DNA of 64,000 nucleotides, taken from contig CAYZSW010000005.1 in the NCBI GenBank assembly GCA_964481135.1, forward strand, positions 28,126 to 92,125, given 5' to 3'. The DNA comes from an uncultured Candidatus Saccharibacteria bacterium. GTDB lineage: Bacteria > Patescibacteriota > UBA1384 > JAMDBS01 > DAOVQR01. Below are positions 19,653 to 28,382 of this stretch, one piece after another. The notes beneath the pieces are model-generated. The model did not search any database. It worked only from the letters and a program-made list of their open reading frames with translations, and was not told where the DNA came from. The position numbers and the translations under genes were made by a program. Each line of letters starts with the position of its first letter. The stretch's first letter is position 1.

Positions 19653-19745
19653 TACCTCGCAGCAAGCTACGAGGTATAAATTGAAATAATTTATACGAAG
19701 CATGCTTCGAGGAGTTCACCCACTTGTCCGCCTTTGGCGGATCAA
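19653..19745. repeat. Palindrome cluster resembling IS200/IS605-derived miniature element ends
   Basis: tacctcgcagcaagctacgaggta, cgaagcatgcttcg, tccgcctttggcgga. Confidence 0.6.
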
Positions 19746-19767
19746 AAATATTAATTATAGGAGATTT

Positions 19768-20085
19768 ATGAAAACCAAAAAATGTGATTGCGAAAAAGAT
19801 TTTGAAAAAGAAATAGAAAAGGAATTTGGTAAAAATTGGGAAGAAAAGTTGGAGAAAAAGTTTGAAAAATGGGGAGATAAATTTGAAAAATACGGGAGTT
19901 GTTGTAATACTCATTCTTCATCAAGTTTCATGGGCGGAGGATTTTACTTTCTGTGTTTCCTTGGTACAGCGATTTATTATATCGGACAAGCACCAGATTT
20001 TTGGATGGGAGTTGTTGGAGTACTCAAAGCCCTTGTCTGGCCAGCAATGTTAATTTATGAAGTATTCACTCGTTTAAATATGTAA
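19768..20085 (+). CDS. Small hypothetical membrane protein
   Basis: AGGAG SD; acidic/basic N-terminus then two TM segments (GGGFYFLCFLG..FW.GV.G.LKALVWPA). Confidence 0.75.
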   Translation: MKTKKCDCEKDFEKEIEKEFGKNWEEKLEKKFEKWGDKFEKYGSCCNTHSSSSFMGGGFYFLCFLGTAIYYIGQAPDFWMGVVGVLKALVWPAMLIYEVFTRLNM

Positions 20086-20140
20086 TAAACCATAAAAAAC
20101 CAATTGTACTAACAAGCATCAAAACAATTAAAACAACAAT

Positions 20141-20174
20141 AACCAAAAAGTACACCTCCGAGGTGTACTTTTTG
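20141..20174. repeat. REP family A palindrome, left of RAYT-1
   Basis: caaaaagtacacct-ccg-aggtgtactttttg. Confidence 0.92.
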
Positions 20175-20189
20175 TGGTATAATAATTAT

Positions 20190-20864
20190 ATGGTTCAATA
20201 TAGAAAAGATAAATTGGTAAATGGGGAATACTATCATATATTCTCTAGAAGTATTGCTAAATATGTAATTTTTAATAATGATAAAGAATATTTGCGCATG
20301 CTAGATTCTATTAATTTATTGAGATTTATTGATTTTGATTATAAAATGTCAAAATTTAATGAATTAAAAATACAAAAACAAAATGAGATTATCAATATAC
20401 TAAAGACTAACAATAAAACTTTTACCGATATTGTTGCATATTGTATTATGCCTACTCATATTCATTTGATATTAAAACAAAATATTGATAATGGCATTAC
20501 AAAATATATGGCTAAACTTTTAAATAGTTATGCAAAATATTTTAATACTAAACATAAAAGAAAAGGACATCTTTGGACTGATAGATTTAAAAGCGTGCTC
20601 ATTACAAACAATGAGCAAATACTGCATCTTACAAGATATATTCACTTAAACCCTGTTTCTGCTAAATTAGTTAGGTCACCTAAAAAATGGCAGTACTCTT
20701 CATTTTTTGAATACATTAATCCAGATAAAAATAACATCTGCACTTACAAAAACATATTTGACCTAAAGACAGAAGAATATGAAAAATTTGTTTTGAATAG
20801 AATTGATTATCAGCAAAAATTATCACTCATAAAAAATCTGATTATAGATGAATATTCAGGATAA
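20190..20864 (+). mobile_element. REP-associated tyrosine transposase RAYT-1 (HUH Y1, TnpA-REP family)
   Basis: YYHIFSR, YCIMPTHIHL (HUH), YFN.KHKRKGHLW..RFKS, RYIHLNPV, WQYSS; flanked by identical palindromes. Confidence 0.92.
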
Positions 20865-20901
20865 CCAAAAAAGTACACCTCCGAGGTGTACTTTTTTGGT
20901 T
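20863..20901. repeat. REP family A palindrome, right of RAYT-1
   Basis: aaccaaaaaagtacacct-ccg-aggtgtacttttttggtt, overlapping the stop codon. Confidence 0.92.
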
Positions 20902-20963
20902 TAGAGGTTGAGATAGGGGAATATAAGGAGTATAATTTGAAGTAGGAAAAGAGGATTAGAATT

Positions 20964-20991
20964 TGTCATTCTGAGCGAAGCCGAAGAATCT
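20964..20991. repeat. Isolated REP-like half element
   Basis: tgtcattctgagcgaagccgaagaatct; GC-rich imperfect hairpin in AT-rich spacer. Confidence 0.45.
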
Positions 20992-21166
20992 ATCACTACA
21001 AATTCTAAATTTACTTTATCCTACAATATTACCTACCAGTATATAGTCAGAAAATAGATTCATAAATATCATATTCTCATTGGTGTCATTCGCATATATT
21101 AGCGTATTAGCATCTTTATCGTTCGAACGAAAGTGAGAACTACCAGATTTCAATGTAGGCAAATAC

Positions 21167-21220
21167 AAATACCGGCAATACGCCAATGATTTAGTAAATA
21201 GAGATTTTTATAAAAATGAA
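21167..21220 (+). repeat. 54-bp direct repeat, copy 1
   Basis: aaataccggcaatacgccaatgatttagtaaatagagatttttataaaaatgaa; matches 21847-21900. Confidence 0.9.
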
Positions 21221-21274
21221 TATAATAAATAAGGACTCAAAATATCAGAAGAGCAATAATGAAATAAGGAAAAT

Positions 21275-21847
21275 ATGAGTGAAACTATAATATATAACCC
21301 AAACGAATTTAATCCGAATTACATAACAGAACTCTCAAAAAATGCTGAAAGTGTAATTTTTGATAAAATTTTAGAAAAAGCAAAAGATCTAGGAGTTCAA
21401 ACTAGTTCAATTAATTTAGATAAAAGTTATCTATTACAATTAATTAAAAAATATATACCAGATAGATTAGATAAAATTAATAATAAAATAAACGAAAATA
21501 TTGTAGATGCTTCTACTGAACAAATATTAGATAAAATATTAAATGTAGATAAAATTATAAAACACGATAATAAATATATTTTTATTGATATTACCACTGG
21601 AAAAGCAAGTTCCATTATTAATAAGTTGAAAAAAATAAATACAAATTATAAATCTGGAATATTTAATGAATTAAAATGCCATAATTTTATTGTATTAAGA
21701 ATAAATAAAGATGATGAAGAAATTTCAGATGATAAAGTATTAAATATTTTTACACAATTGGAAAATTTAAATACATTTAGTAGTGTAATTGATCTTAAAA
21801 ATACCGAACCAACTATATCTAAAAGATACTTTACTAAATATAAATAA
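21275..21847 (+). CDS. Hypothetical protein, possible PD-(D/E)XK-like nuclease
   Basis: 190-aa ORF; LDKILNVD..YIFIDIT resembles a nuclease beta-hairpin core (weak). Confidence 0.6.
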   Translation: MSETIIYNPNEFNPNYITELSKNAESVIFDKILEKAKDLGVQTSSINLDKSYLLQLIKKYIPDRLDKINNKINENIVDASTEQILDKILNVDKIIKHDNKYIFIDITTGKASSIINKLKKINTNYKSGIFNELKCHNFIVLRINKDDEEISDDKVLNIFTQLENLNTFSSVIDLKNTEPTISKRYFTKYK

Positions 21848-21900
21848 AATACTGGCAATACGCCAACGATTTGGTAAATAGAGATTTTATAAAAAATGAA
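21847..21900 (+). repeat. 54-bp direct repeat, copy 2
   Basis: aaatactggcaatacgccaacgatttggtaaatagagattttataaaaaatgaa. Confidence 0.9.
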
Positions 21901-21964
21901 AATCCATCTCTGAAAAAATCAACTTGTTAGTTAAAATTTGTAAAAAATTGCGCGATTATTAAAT

Positions 21965-22273
21965 TTGCTAGAAAAATTAAAACAAGCATTAGTAGCATTT
22001 TGTAAAAAAGAAGGTGTAGTTGTAGTTATTGGAGCAGATAATAAAATATCTGTAAAACCAACACAAAGTATTAAATTCCCGTTAAAAGGAACACCAGAGC
22101 GTGATAAATTAGTTAAATTATTAAAGCATATTCACAAATACAATGAAGTAGTAGATTTAAATGTTAGTATGCTTTCAAATGTTTGTGATAATTGGGATAA
22201 AAAAGATATGGAAAAGATAAAAAAATTCCAAACTATAACAAATGATTTTAAATTAAGTATTAGTAAAAAATAA
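21965..22273 (+). pseudogene. Probable C-terminal gene remnant
   Basis: No SD, TTG start, protein-like composition; reads as a 3' fragment of a longer gene (inference). Confidence 0.4.
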
Positions 22274-22404
22274 CCTGTTAAAAAATGCGGAAATATGGTA
22301 AGATTGCGATATAAAGAAAAGAAAAAAAGGTATAAATATTAAGGACATAAGATGTCAGATGATAAAAAATAACTAAAAGTTTAAAAGAAATTTTAATTAA
22401 TAAA

Positions 22405-22433
22405 TTGTCTTTCAAAGTCTATTCGAGTAAAAT
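22405..22433 (+). promoter_or_regulatory. Putative promoter of the R-M operon
   Basis: TTGTCT-17 nt-TAAAAT. Confidence 0.5.
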
Positions 22434-22459
22434 AATTATAGAATTGAATAGGAGGAAAT

Positions 22460-23314
22460 ATCAATAAATCATATAATAATCAAGTTTTTTATCAAGATGC
22501 TAGAAACATGAAGGAATTGCCAAATAACTCTGTTCATTTAATTATTACAAGCCCTCCATACTTTAATATTAAAGATTATTCCAAAGATGGCTATCAGTCG
22601 TCTAAAATTTCTAAAAAACAAAAAGGACAAATAGGAGATATTAAAAATTATAAAAACTACATTAAGGAAATGCTCAAAGTATGGAAAGAATGTCAAAGAG
22701 TACTTAAACCAAACGGAAAATTAATAATTAATGTTCCTTTAATGCCTATGCTTAAAAAAAGTCTTAATACTCATTACAATAGACATATATTCGATATAAA
22801 TGCTGCAATTGAACAATCAATATTAGTAAATACTAAATTATACTTATACGACATATATATTTGGAATAGAACAAATACAAGTAAAAAGTTAATGTTTGGT
22901 TCATATCCATATCCTAGAAATTTTTATGCACAAAACACCTGTGAATTTATTACAGTTTATGTAAAAGATGGTAAACCAGATAATAATATATGTAGAACAA
23001 CAAAAGAAAAAAGTAAGTTAAGTGAAAAAGAATGGATAACTTTCACAAAACAAATTTGGGATATACCAATTCCTAATAAAAGTGACGTTGCTTTTGGAAA
23101 GCATTCCGCTATTATGCCAGAAGAAATTGTCAGAAGATGTATTAAATTATTTACTTTTATCGATGATACTGTACTTGATCCGTTTGCAGGATCAGGAACG
23201 ACATTAAAAATTGCAAAAGAATTAAAAAGAAATTATATAGGATATGAAATAATGAGATCATACGAGCATATTATTAAACAAAAATTAATGCAAACCAAGC
23301 AAAAATTATTATAA
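22460..23314 (+). CDS. Beta-class DNA methyltransferase, likely m4C (M2.MboII-like); true start probably ATC at 22460
   Basis: TSPPY motif IV before DPFAGSGTT motif I; frame open upstream of ATG 22508 encoding NQVFYQDARN; AGGAGG SD at 22450-22455. Confidence 0.88.
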   Translation: MNKSYNNQVFYQDARNMKELPNNSVHLIITSPPYFNIKDYSKDGYQSSKISKKQKGQIGDIKNYKNYIKEMLKVWKECQRVLKPNGKLIINVPLMPMLKKSLNTHYNRHIFDINAAIEQSILVNTKLYLYDIYIWNRTNTSKKLMFGSYPYPRNFYAQNTCEFITVYVKDGKPDNNICRTTKEKSKLSEKEWITFTKQIWDIPIPNKSDVAFGKHSAIMPEEIVRRCIKLFTFIDDTVLDPFAGSGTTLKIAKELKRNYIGYEIMRSYEHIIKQKLMQTKQKLL

Positions 23315-23317
23315 ATT

Positions 23318-24106
23318 ATGTTAGATAAAAATAAAGTATACTTAATGGATTGTATAAAATTTTTAAGCAAAATTGACAAGCAGTCAATTGATTTAGCAGT
23401 AATTGACCCACCTTATAACCTCAAAAAAGCAAAATGGGATACTTTTAAAACACAAAATGATTTTCTAGATTTTACATTTTGTTGGTTAGATGCATTAATA
23501 CCTAAACTTAAACAAACTGGTAGTTTATATATTTTTAATACCCCGTTTAATTCTTCTTTTATTTTAAAATACTTACTAGATAAAAAAATGATTTTTCGCA
23601 ATTGGATTACTTGGGATAAGAGAGATGGCTTATCAAATGGAACTAAAAAATATGCAAATGGACAAGAAACAATTTTATTCTTTACTAAATCTCAAAATTA
23701 TACTTTTAATTACGATGAAATTCGTATTCCGTATGAGTCAAAAAGTAGAATTAAACATGCTGAAAAAAAAGGAATTTTAAAAAATGGAAAAAGATGGTTT
23801 CCAAATCCTAAAGGAAAATTATGTTCTGAAGTATGGCATATCTCTAGCGAAAGACACAAAAATAAAATTAACGGTAAAACTCCAAAATTATCTCATTTAA
23901 CGCCTAAACCATTAGATATGATTGAAAGAATTATTACAGCAAGTAGTAATCCAGGTGATTTAATATTAGATTGTTTTGTTGGTAGCGGTACAACAGCGAT
24001 AGCTGCAAAAAAAATAAATAGGAATTTTATTTGCTCTGATAATAATAAATACTATATTGAATTAACCAAAAGGAATTTAAAAAAATATGACAGTTATAAA
24101 AATTAA
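23318..24106 (+). CDS. Beta-class m6A DNA methyltransferase, M1.MboII-like
   Basis: AVIDPPYN, YIFNTPFN, NWITWDKRDG, RIKHAEKKGILKNGKRWFPNP, DCFVGSGTT; recognised from memory as close to M1.MboII. Confidence 0.92.
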   Translation: MLDKNKVYLMDCIKFLSKIDKQSIDLAVIDPPYNLKKAKWDTFKTQNDFLDFTFCWLDALIPKLKQTGSLYIFNTPFNSSFILKYLLDKKMIFRNWITWDKRDGLSNGTKKYANGQETILFFTKSQNYTFNYDEIRIPYESKSRIKHAEKKGILKNGKRWFPNPKGKLCSEVWHISSERHKNKINGKTPKLSHLTPKPLDMIERIITASSNPGDLILDCFVGSGTTAIAAKKINRNFICSDNNKYYIELTKRNLKKYDSYKN

Positions 24107-25313
24107 TCCTGGCAATAAGGCTTTAGAATTTATTGATTCTAGAATTAGTGATGAAAAATATCGCGGAGTACCATCGTCGGAACATAACAGATACGATATG
24201 ATAAAAATTGTTTCTATTCTTGAATTATTAAATAAATACGCTCCTAATCAGCAGCTTATGAGTATTAGAACAACAGATGTTTCTAAAAGACCAGAAAATG
24301 AATCGAAAGAATATGTTTATGCAAAATTTTGCAATGAAACTAAACAAAAAACAGGAATTGGAACACAAGATGCAATGCGCAAAAATTTATTTGTTGATTT
24401 ACATAGAATGAATTTTATTATTAGATATGATAAAAATAAACAACAAACAGATCCTTTTTCAAAACAACAAGTTAAATTTGTATCGATTAGTAAACAAGGG
24501 TTAAAACTAATTAAGGCAAAAAATTTGCTTGATAAATATTTTATTTTTTCTAAAGGAATTGATCAACTTGTGGGAGGATACATAGATATTATATTAGATA
24601 TTCTAAGAGATAAAGAATATAAAATCGATAAAATTAGTATTTATGAATATATGTTCTTTATTTCTGCAATTAATACAAAATCGAGTTTTAATATAAGTAC
24701 GGAATATGCTGTTAAATTAATCAAACATTACAGAAATCTGACTCCAATTCAAAGAAAATCAGTAATAGAAACATTAAAAGTTACATTAAACCCAAAAAAC
24801 TATGATGGGAATAAAAATAAAAAAAAGGATTTTCATAATTGGCATAACAAAACTGCTCAAATATTTCATTTATTGAATCAAACCGTTTATTTTGAAGTCA
24901 GAGGTGAACAATTAGTACTTAAATCAGGAAAAGACAGTTATGAGACAATTTCTGCAAAATTAGATAGATCACTAAATGAAAAATATCAATATTTTATCAA
25001 TCACAATATTGACAAAAAGCCAGGATTTGAATTGCATCATATTGTACCCATTTCTTGGTCAGAAAACATCCATCATTTTAAAATTCTCGATAAATGGGAA
25101 AATATGTTATATATTGATGGGTTTAGTCATGCAAAAATTACTCAAAATAAAAATAGAAACATTATTCTGCAAATAAAAAATAAAGACTTAAAATTACTAG
25201 ATTACTCCGATAATGAAGTTTATCTACAATATATGAAAAATGTAGTATACCAATACAAACAACAACCGATTCTTAAAAAATATAACAAGGACCTCTTATC
25301 AACTATTAAATAA
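24087..25313 (+). CDS. Type IIS restriction endonuclease with C-terminal HNH domain (MboII-like)
   Basis: GFELHHIVP..WENMLYIDGFSH HNH motif; follows two MTases. Confidence 0.82.
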   Translation: MTVIKINPGNKALEFIDSRISDEKYRGVPSSEHNRYDMIKIVSILELLNKYAPNQQLMSIRTTDVSKRPENESKEYVYAKFCNETKQKTGIGTQDAMRKNLFVDLHRMNFIIRYDKNKQQTDPFSKQQVKFVSISKQGLKLIKAKNLLDKYFIFSKGIDQLVGGYIDIILDILRDKEYKIDKISIYEYMFFISAINTKSSFNISTEYAVKLIKHYRNLTPIQRKSVIETLKVTLNPKNYDGNKNKKKDFHNWHNKTAQIFHLLNQTVYFEVRGEQLVLKSGKDSYETISAKLDRSLNEKYQYFINHNIDKKPGFELHHIVPISWSENIHHFKILDKWENMLYIDGFSHAKITQNKNRNIILQIKNKDLKLLDYSDNEVYLQYMKNVVYQYKQQPILKKYNKDLLSTIK

Positions 25314-25389
25314 AGTAGTTTTTATAAAATGCCAATACTAAGTTGATTAAATGGTTTGTTTATTATTCTTAATTTACTGCGACATACCG

Positions 25390-25474
25390 GGGTATTGACG
25401 AACGGTGGGCAAATTTAAATAAACTTTATGATCTAACTAACGATGAAATAAAAATTGTGGAAGGGAAAAAATGA
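25390..25474 (+). pseudogene. 3' remnant of a type IIG/Eco57I-like R-M gene
   Basis: Reads KLYDLTNDEIKIVEGKK*, the typical LYxLTxxEIxIVE C-terminus; no upstream ORF. Confidence 0.5.
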
Positions 25475-25974
25475 ATAAAGTAAGTATTGATGAAGAAATA
25501 TCAAATTTAAAATTAAGATTAAGTGAATTAGAAGATATTCATCCTGATTATACTTCCCTAGAACTAAAAGATTTACAAACTAAAACACTAACTACACACG
25601 CTCATTTAGAGAATGCTCTTGATAATAGAATACGTTTAAAAATTTTAGGATTAAGAGAAATAAAAAACTCAGAAAAATGGGACAAAGCTGCTCCAAAATT
25701 ACAACAATTATTAAATCTTTTATCATACAGAAATAAATTAGAAATAGTGAAAAGTTACAATGATTCATCAGATATTTTTATTAGTTCTCTTGGTCGCGTC
25801 AATACATATAGAATTAAATTTGCACATCCATAAGGGGCTAAATTAGGAGAAAAATTTAATAATAATACTTGCAAAAATAAACAAAATATTCGGGATTTAC
25901 TAAGATCTCTTAATGAAGCTTATGAGCAAATGGATAAATATTTCAGTAAAATAATGAAAGATAAGAATTATTAA
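25471..25974 (+). pseudogene. HEPN-like protein interrupted by an in-frame TAA at 25831-25833
   Basis: HAHLENAL..YRNKLE..RIKFAH; the same frame continues 46 codons to TAA 25972-25974, 6 nt before the next ATG. Confidence 0.6.
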
Positions 25975-25980
25975 AAAAAT

Positions 25981-26553
25981 ATGACAAACAAAAATAAAAT
26001 CAATAAATTATTTGAATTATTAAACCAAATCCCTCAAAATCAAAGACCAAATTTATTAATTTATCTTGATAATGAATTCATAATTAGTTATAAAGGTATA
26101 TTAAAATCAGCTTATTCAAGATATAAAAATGAAGATGTAAGGAATTATGATTTTAATGAAAGAGGAGATGTTTTAGAATTTTTTACGAATATTGAATACT
26201 TAATTAACAAAATCATAATTGCATATTTAAAAATTGATTATACTAATAATGAAAAAGCAGATGCGTTATTAAATACCTCAGACTTATTTTACAAAGTTAA
26301 ACTTTTAAATGAATGGGGGTTATTTTCAAGTAAAGATACGGAATTATTTTTTTGTTTAAAATCGATAAGAAATGGCTTTGCGCATACTTGGGTAATAGAA
26401 AGTATTAAATATAAAGGAAAAAGTTATAAACAAAATATTAGTAAATTTAATGAAGATGCTGCAATTATATGGAAATTGTTACTAAATATTTATAAAAAAT
26501 ACCAAATAGATATTGATGAAATTATTGAAAAATTAGAATTGAGAAATAAATAA
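25981..26553 (+). CDS. HEPN-domain protein (MtlR-like fold), putative RNase effector
   Basis: IEYLINKII, FYKVKLL, RNGFAH (RxxxxH). Confidence 0.7.
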   Translation: MTNKNKINKLFELLNQIPQNQRPNLLIYLDNEFIISYKGILKSAYSRYKNEDVRNYDFNERGDVLEFFTNIEYLINKIIIAYLKIDYTNNEKADALLNTSDLFYKVKLLNEWGLFSSKDTELFFCLKSIRNGFAHTWVIESIKYKGKSYKQNISKFNEDAAIIWKLLLNIYKKYQIDIDEIIEKLELRNK

Positions 26554-26568
26554 CAACCTAACCCAACC

Positions 26569-26613
26569 CAAGCTTTTTTCTTCGACTACGCTCAACACAG
26601 GCAAAAAAGCTTG
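26569..26613. repeat. Hairpin with REP-like fragment in its loop
   Basis: caagctttttt-[cttcgactacgctcaacacaggc]-aaaaaagcttg. Confidence 0.55.
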
Positions 26614-26636
26614 TTGCAAAAGATGTTTATATAGAT

Positions 26637-28091
26637 ATGAAAAACGAAATTAAAACTAAAAGAATATTACATAATGGTAAATCTGAAGATTTAACTTTAA
26701 AAAATCTTGAAAAAATTAATATTTTATTTGGAAAAAATGGTTCAGGAAAAAGTAGTTTTCTAAGAAATTTATATCAAAATAATGACAGTGAATTTCATTT
26801 AGTAATACCGGAAAGAGGTGGAAATATACAACATAATTCAGGTATAGCTGATCAGGAATTTAATCCTAATGAAAGAAAAAATGTAAGAAAACATAATTCT
26901 GATAATAGCTATAGAGAAAGAGCTATATCGCGAACATCGATTATACCAAGTAGCATCGGCCGTAAATTAATGGGCGGCGAAACACCTTTTAAACTAGATA
27001 ATTCTGAAATTATAGAATTATTTAGCATATTATTGCCAGAATTTAAAATTTCTTTTTCGAATCAATCACCATACCATCTAGAGATTCATAAAAACTATGA
27101 TAATAATGAATTAAAAGTAAATAATGTAGATGAATTATCTTCTGGACAAGCAGAAACAATATCTTTAGCCGCTGATATAATTACACAGGGTGTTATATGG
27201 AACAATCAAGATAAAACATTATTAATTGATGAGCCTGATGCTCATTTACATTTAGATTTACAAAACAGATTTTCAATTTTTATATCAGAAATTTCAAAAA
27301 GATTTAATATTCAAATAATTATTGCAACACATAGTCCTGCATTAATTGCTAGTTTATTAAGTTTATCTGATGATATTGGAATATTTTGTCTAGATTTATT
27401 TTCAGAAGAAATTAACGCAGTTAAAAAATCTAATCAAACAATATTTAGTAATCTTTTAAATATTGATTTAGGATTATCTGTTTTGTTAAAAAGGAAAATA
27501 ATAATTTTAGAAGGTAATGATGATTATTTAGTTTGGAATCAAGCTTGCAGATGCCCTAAATTTGATGATATTGCAATAATTCAAGCAAATGGTGATGATA
27601 TTATGCGATATAAAAGAAATGCAGAAAAAATTATTTTATCTGTTTTAGATATAGATAAGCAAGTTGGAATTACCATGAGAGATAAAGACAATAATTCTGG
27701 AAAAAATAATGATAATTCTACTATTTTGCCATTAAAACGTCTTCAGTGTTATAGTTTGGAAAATTTATTTTTAACAAAAGAGGTATTAAATAGTATTAAA
27801 CCAAATATTGATTTTGTATCAGAAATGAATAAATTAAAGATAAAATTAAATAAAAAAGAAAAAAGTGAGTTAGATAATATTATTAATGACAAAAAGGTAA
27901 CAAAAATATCTAAAGAGCTATTAATTAAAATTCATCATAAAATTGACGAACATTATAGTTCAAGAGATTGGCGAATAATTTTAGGAAAATACTTAGGGAA
28001 CAATAAGCCCACAGGAGAGATTTTAGACTTTATTGGAAAAGATATAGTTAACTATATTTGGGATAAAAAAATGACCATACAATCTGAATAG
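26637..28091 (+). CDS. ABC-type ATPase fused to TOPRIM nuclease (OLD/GajA-like family)
   Basis: Walker A GKNGSGKS, signature LSSGQ, Walker B LLIDEPDAHLH, H-loop ATHS, TOPRIM LEGNDD, RDKD, YSLENL. Confidence 0.85.
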   Translation: MKNEIKTKRILHNGKSEDLTLKNLEKINILFGKNGSGKSSFLRNLYQNNDSEFHLVIPERGGNIQHNSGIADQEFNPNERKNVRKHNSDNSYRERAISRTSIIPSSIGRKLMGGETPFKLDNSEIIELFSILLPEFKISFSNQSPYHLEIHKNYDNNELKVNNVDELSSGQAETISLAADIITQGVIWNNQDKTLLIDEPDAHLHLDLQNRFSIFISEISKRFNIQIIIATHSPALIASLLSLSDDIGIFCLDLFSEEINAVKKSNQTIFSNLLNIDLGLSVLLKRKIIILEGNDDYLVWNQACRCPKFDDIAIIQANGDDIMRYKRNAEKIILSVLDIDKQVGITMRDKDNNSGKNNDNSTILPLKRLQCYSLENLFLTKEVLNSIKPNIDFVSEMNKLKIKLNKKEKSELDNIINDKKVTKISKELLIKIHHKIDEHYSSRDWRIILGKYLGNNKPTGEILDFIGKDIVNYIWDKKMTIQSE

Positions 28092-28250
28092 AAATTAAAA
28101 TAAGGAATCCATAAGGGACGGTTCTGGTTCGATTAGATTTATCATGAGTAATGTCAAAGTACTCACCACCGACTTCCCACACCTTACCGCCCTTTTCATT
28201 ATTTATAAATTCAACTACACCCCACACACCCCACCGACCTACACACCTCA

Positions 28251-28322
28251 CCGACCTCGTAGGTCAGAGTAAATTTTACAGGTTCAAGACCTACTCCAAC
28301 CTACGAGGTCAGAGTAAATTGG
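28251..28322. repeat. REP family B doublet, copy 1
   Basis: ccgacctcgtaggtcagagtaaattttacaggttcaagacctactccaacctacgaggtcagagtaaattgg. Confidence 0.93.
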
Positions 28323-28382
28323 CATCAAAACTAAAATATATCCGGTTGTTAGTATTCAATACGCGTATGGTATAATTAAGAT

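Noticed and set aside
25831-25833. Programmed stop-codon readthrough in the HEPN-like gene
   Set aside because: TAA is the dominant true stop in this genome and no recoding signal is evident; a nonsense mutation or sequencing error is simpler.
28048-28375. ORFs 28048-28251 (-) and 28151-28375 (+)
   Set aside because: They are translations of REP repeats and low-complexity C/A tracts.
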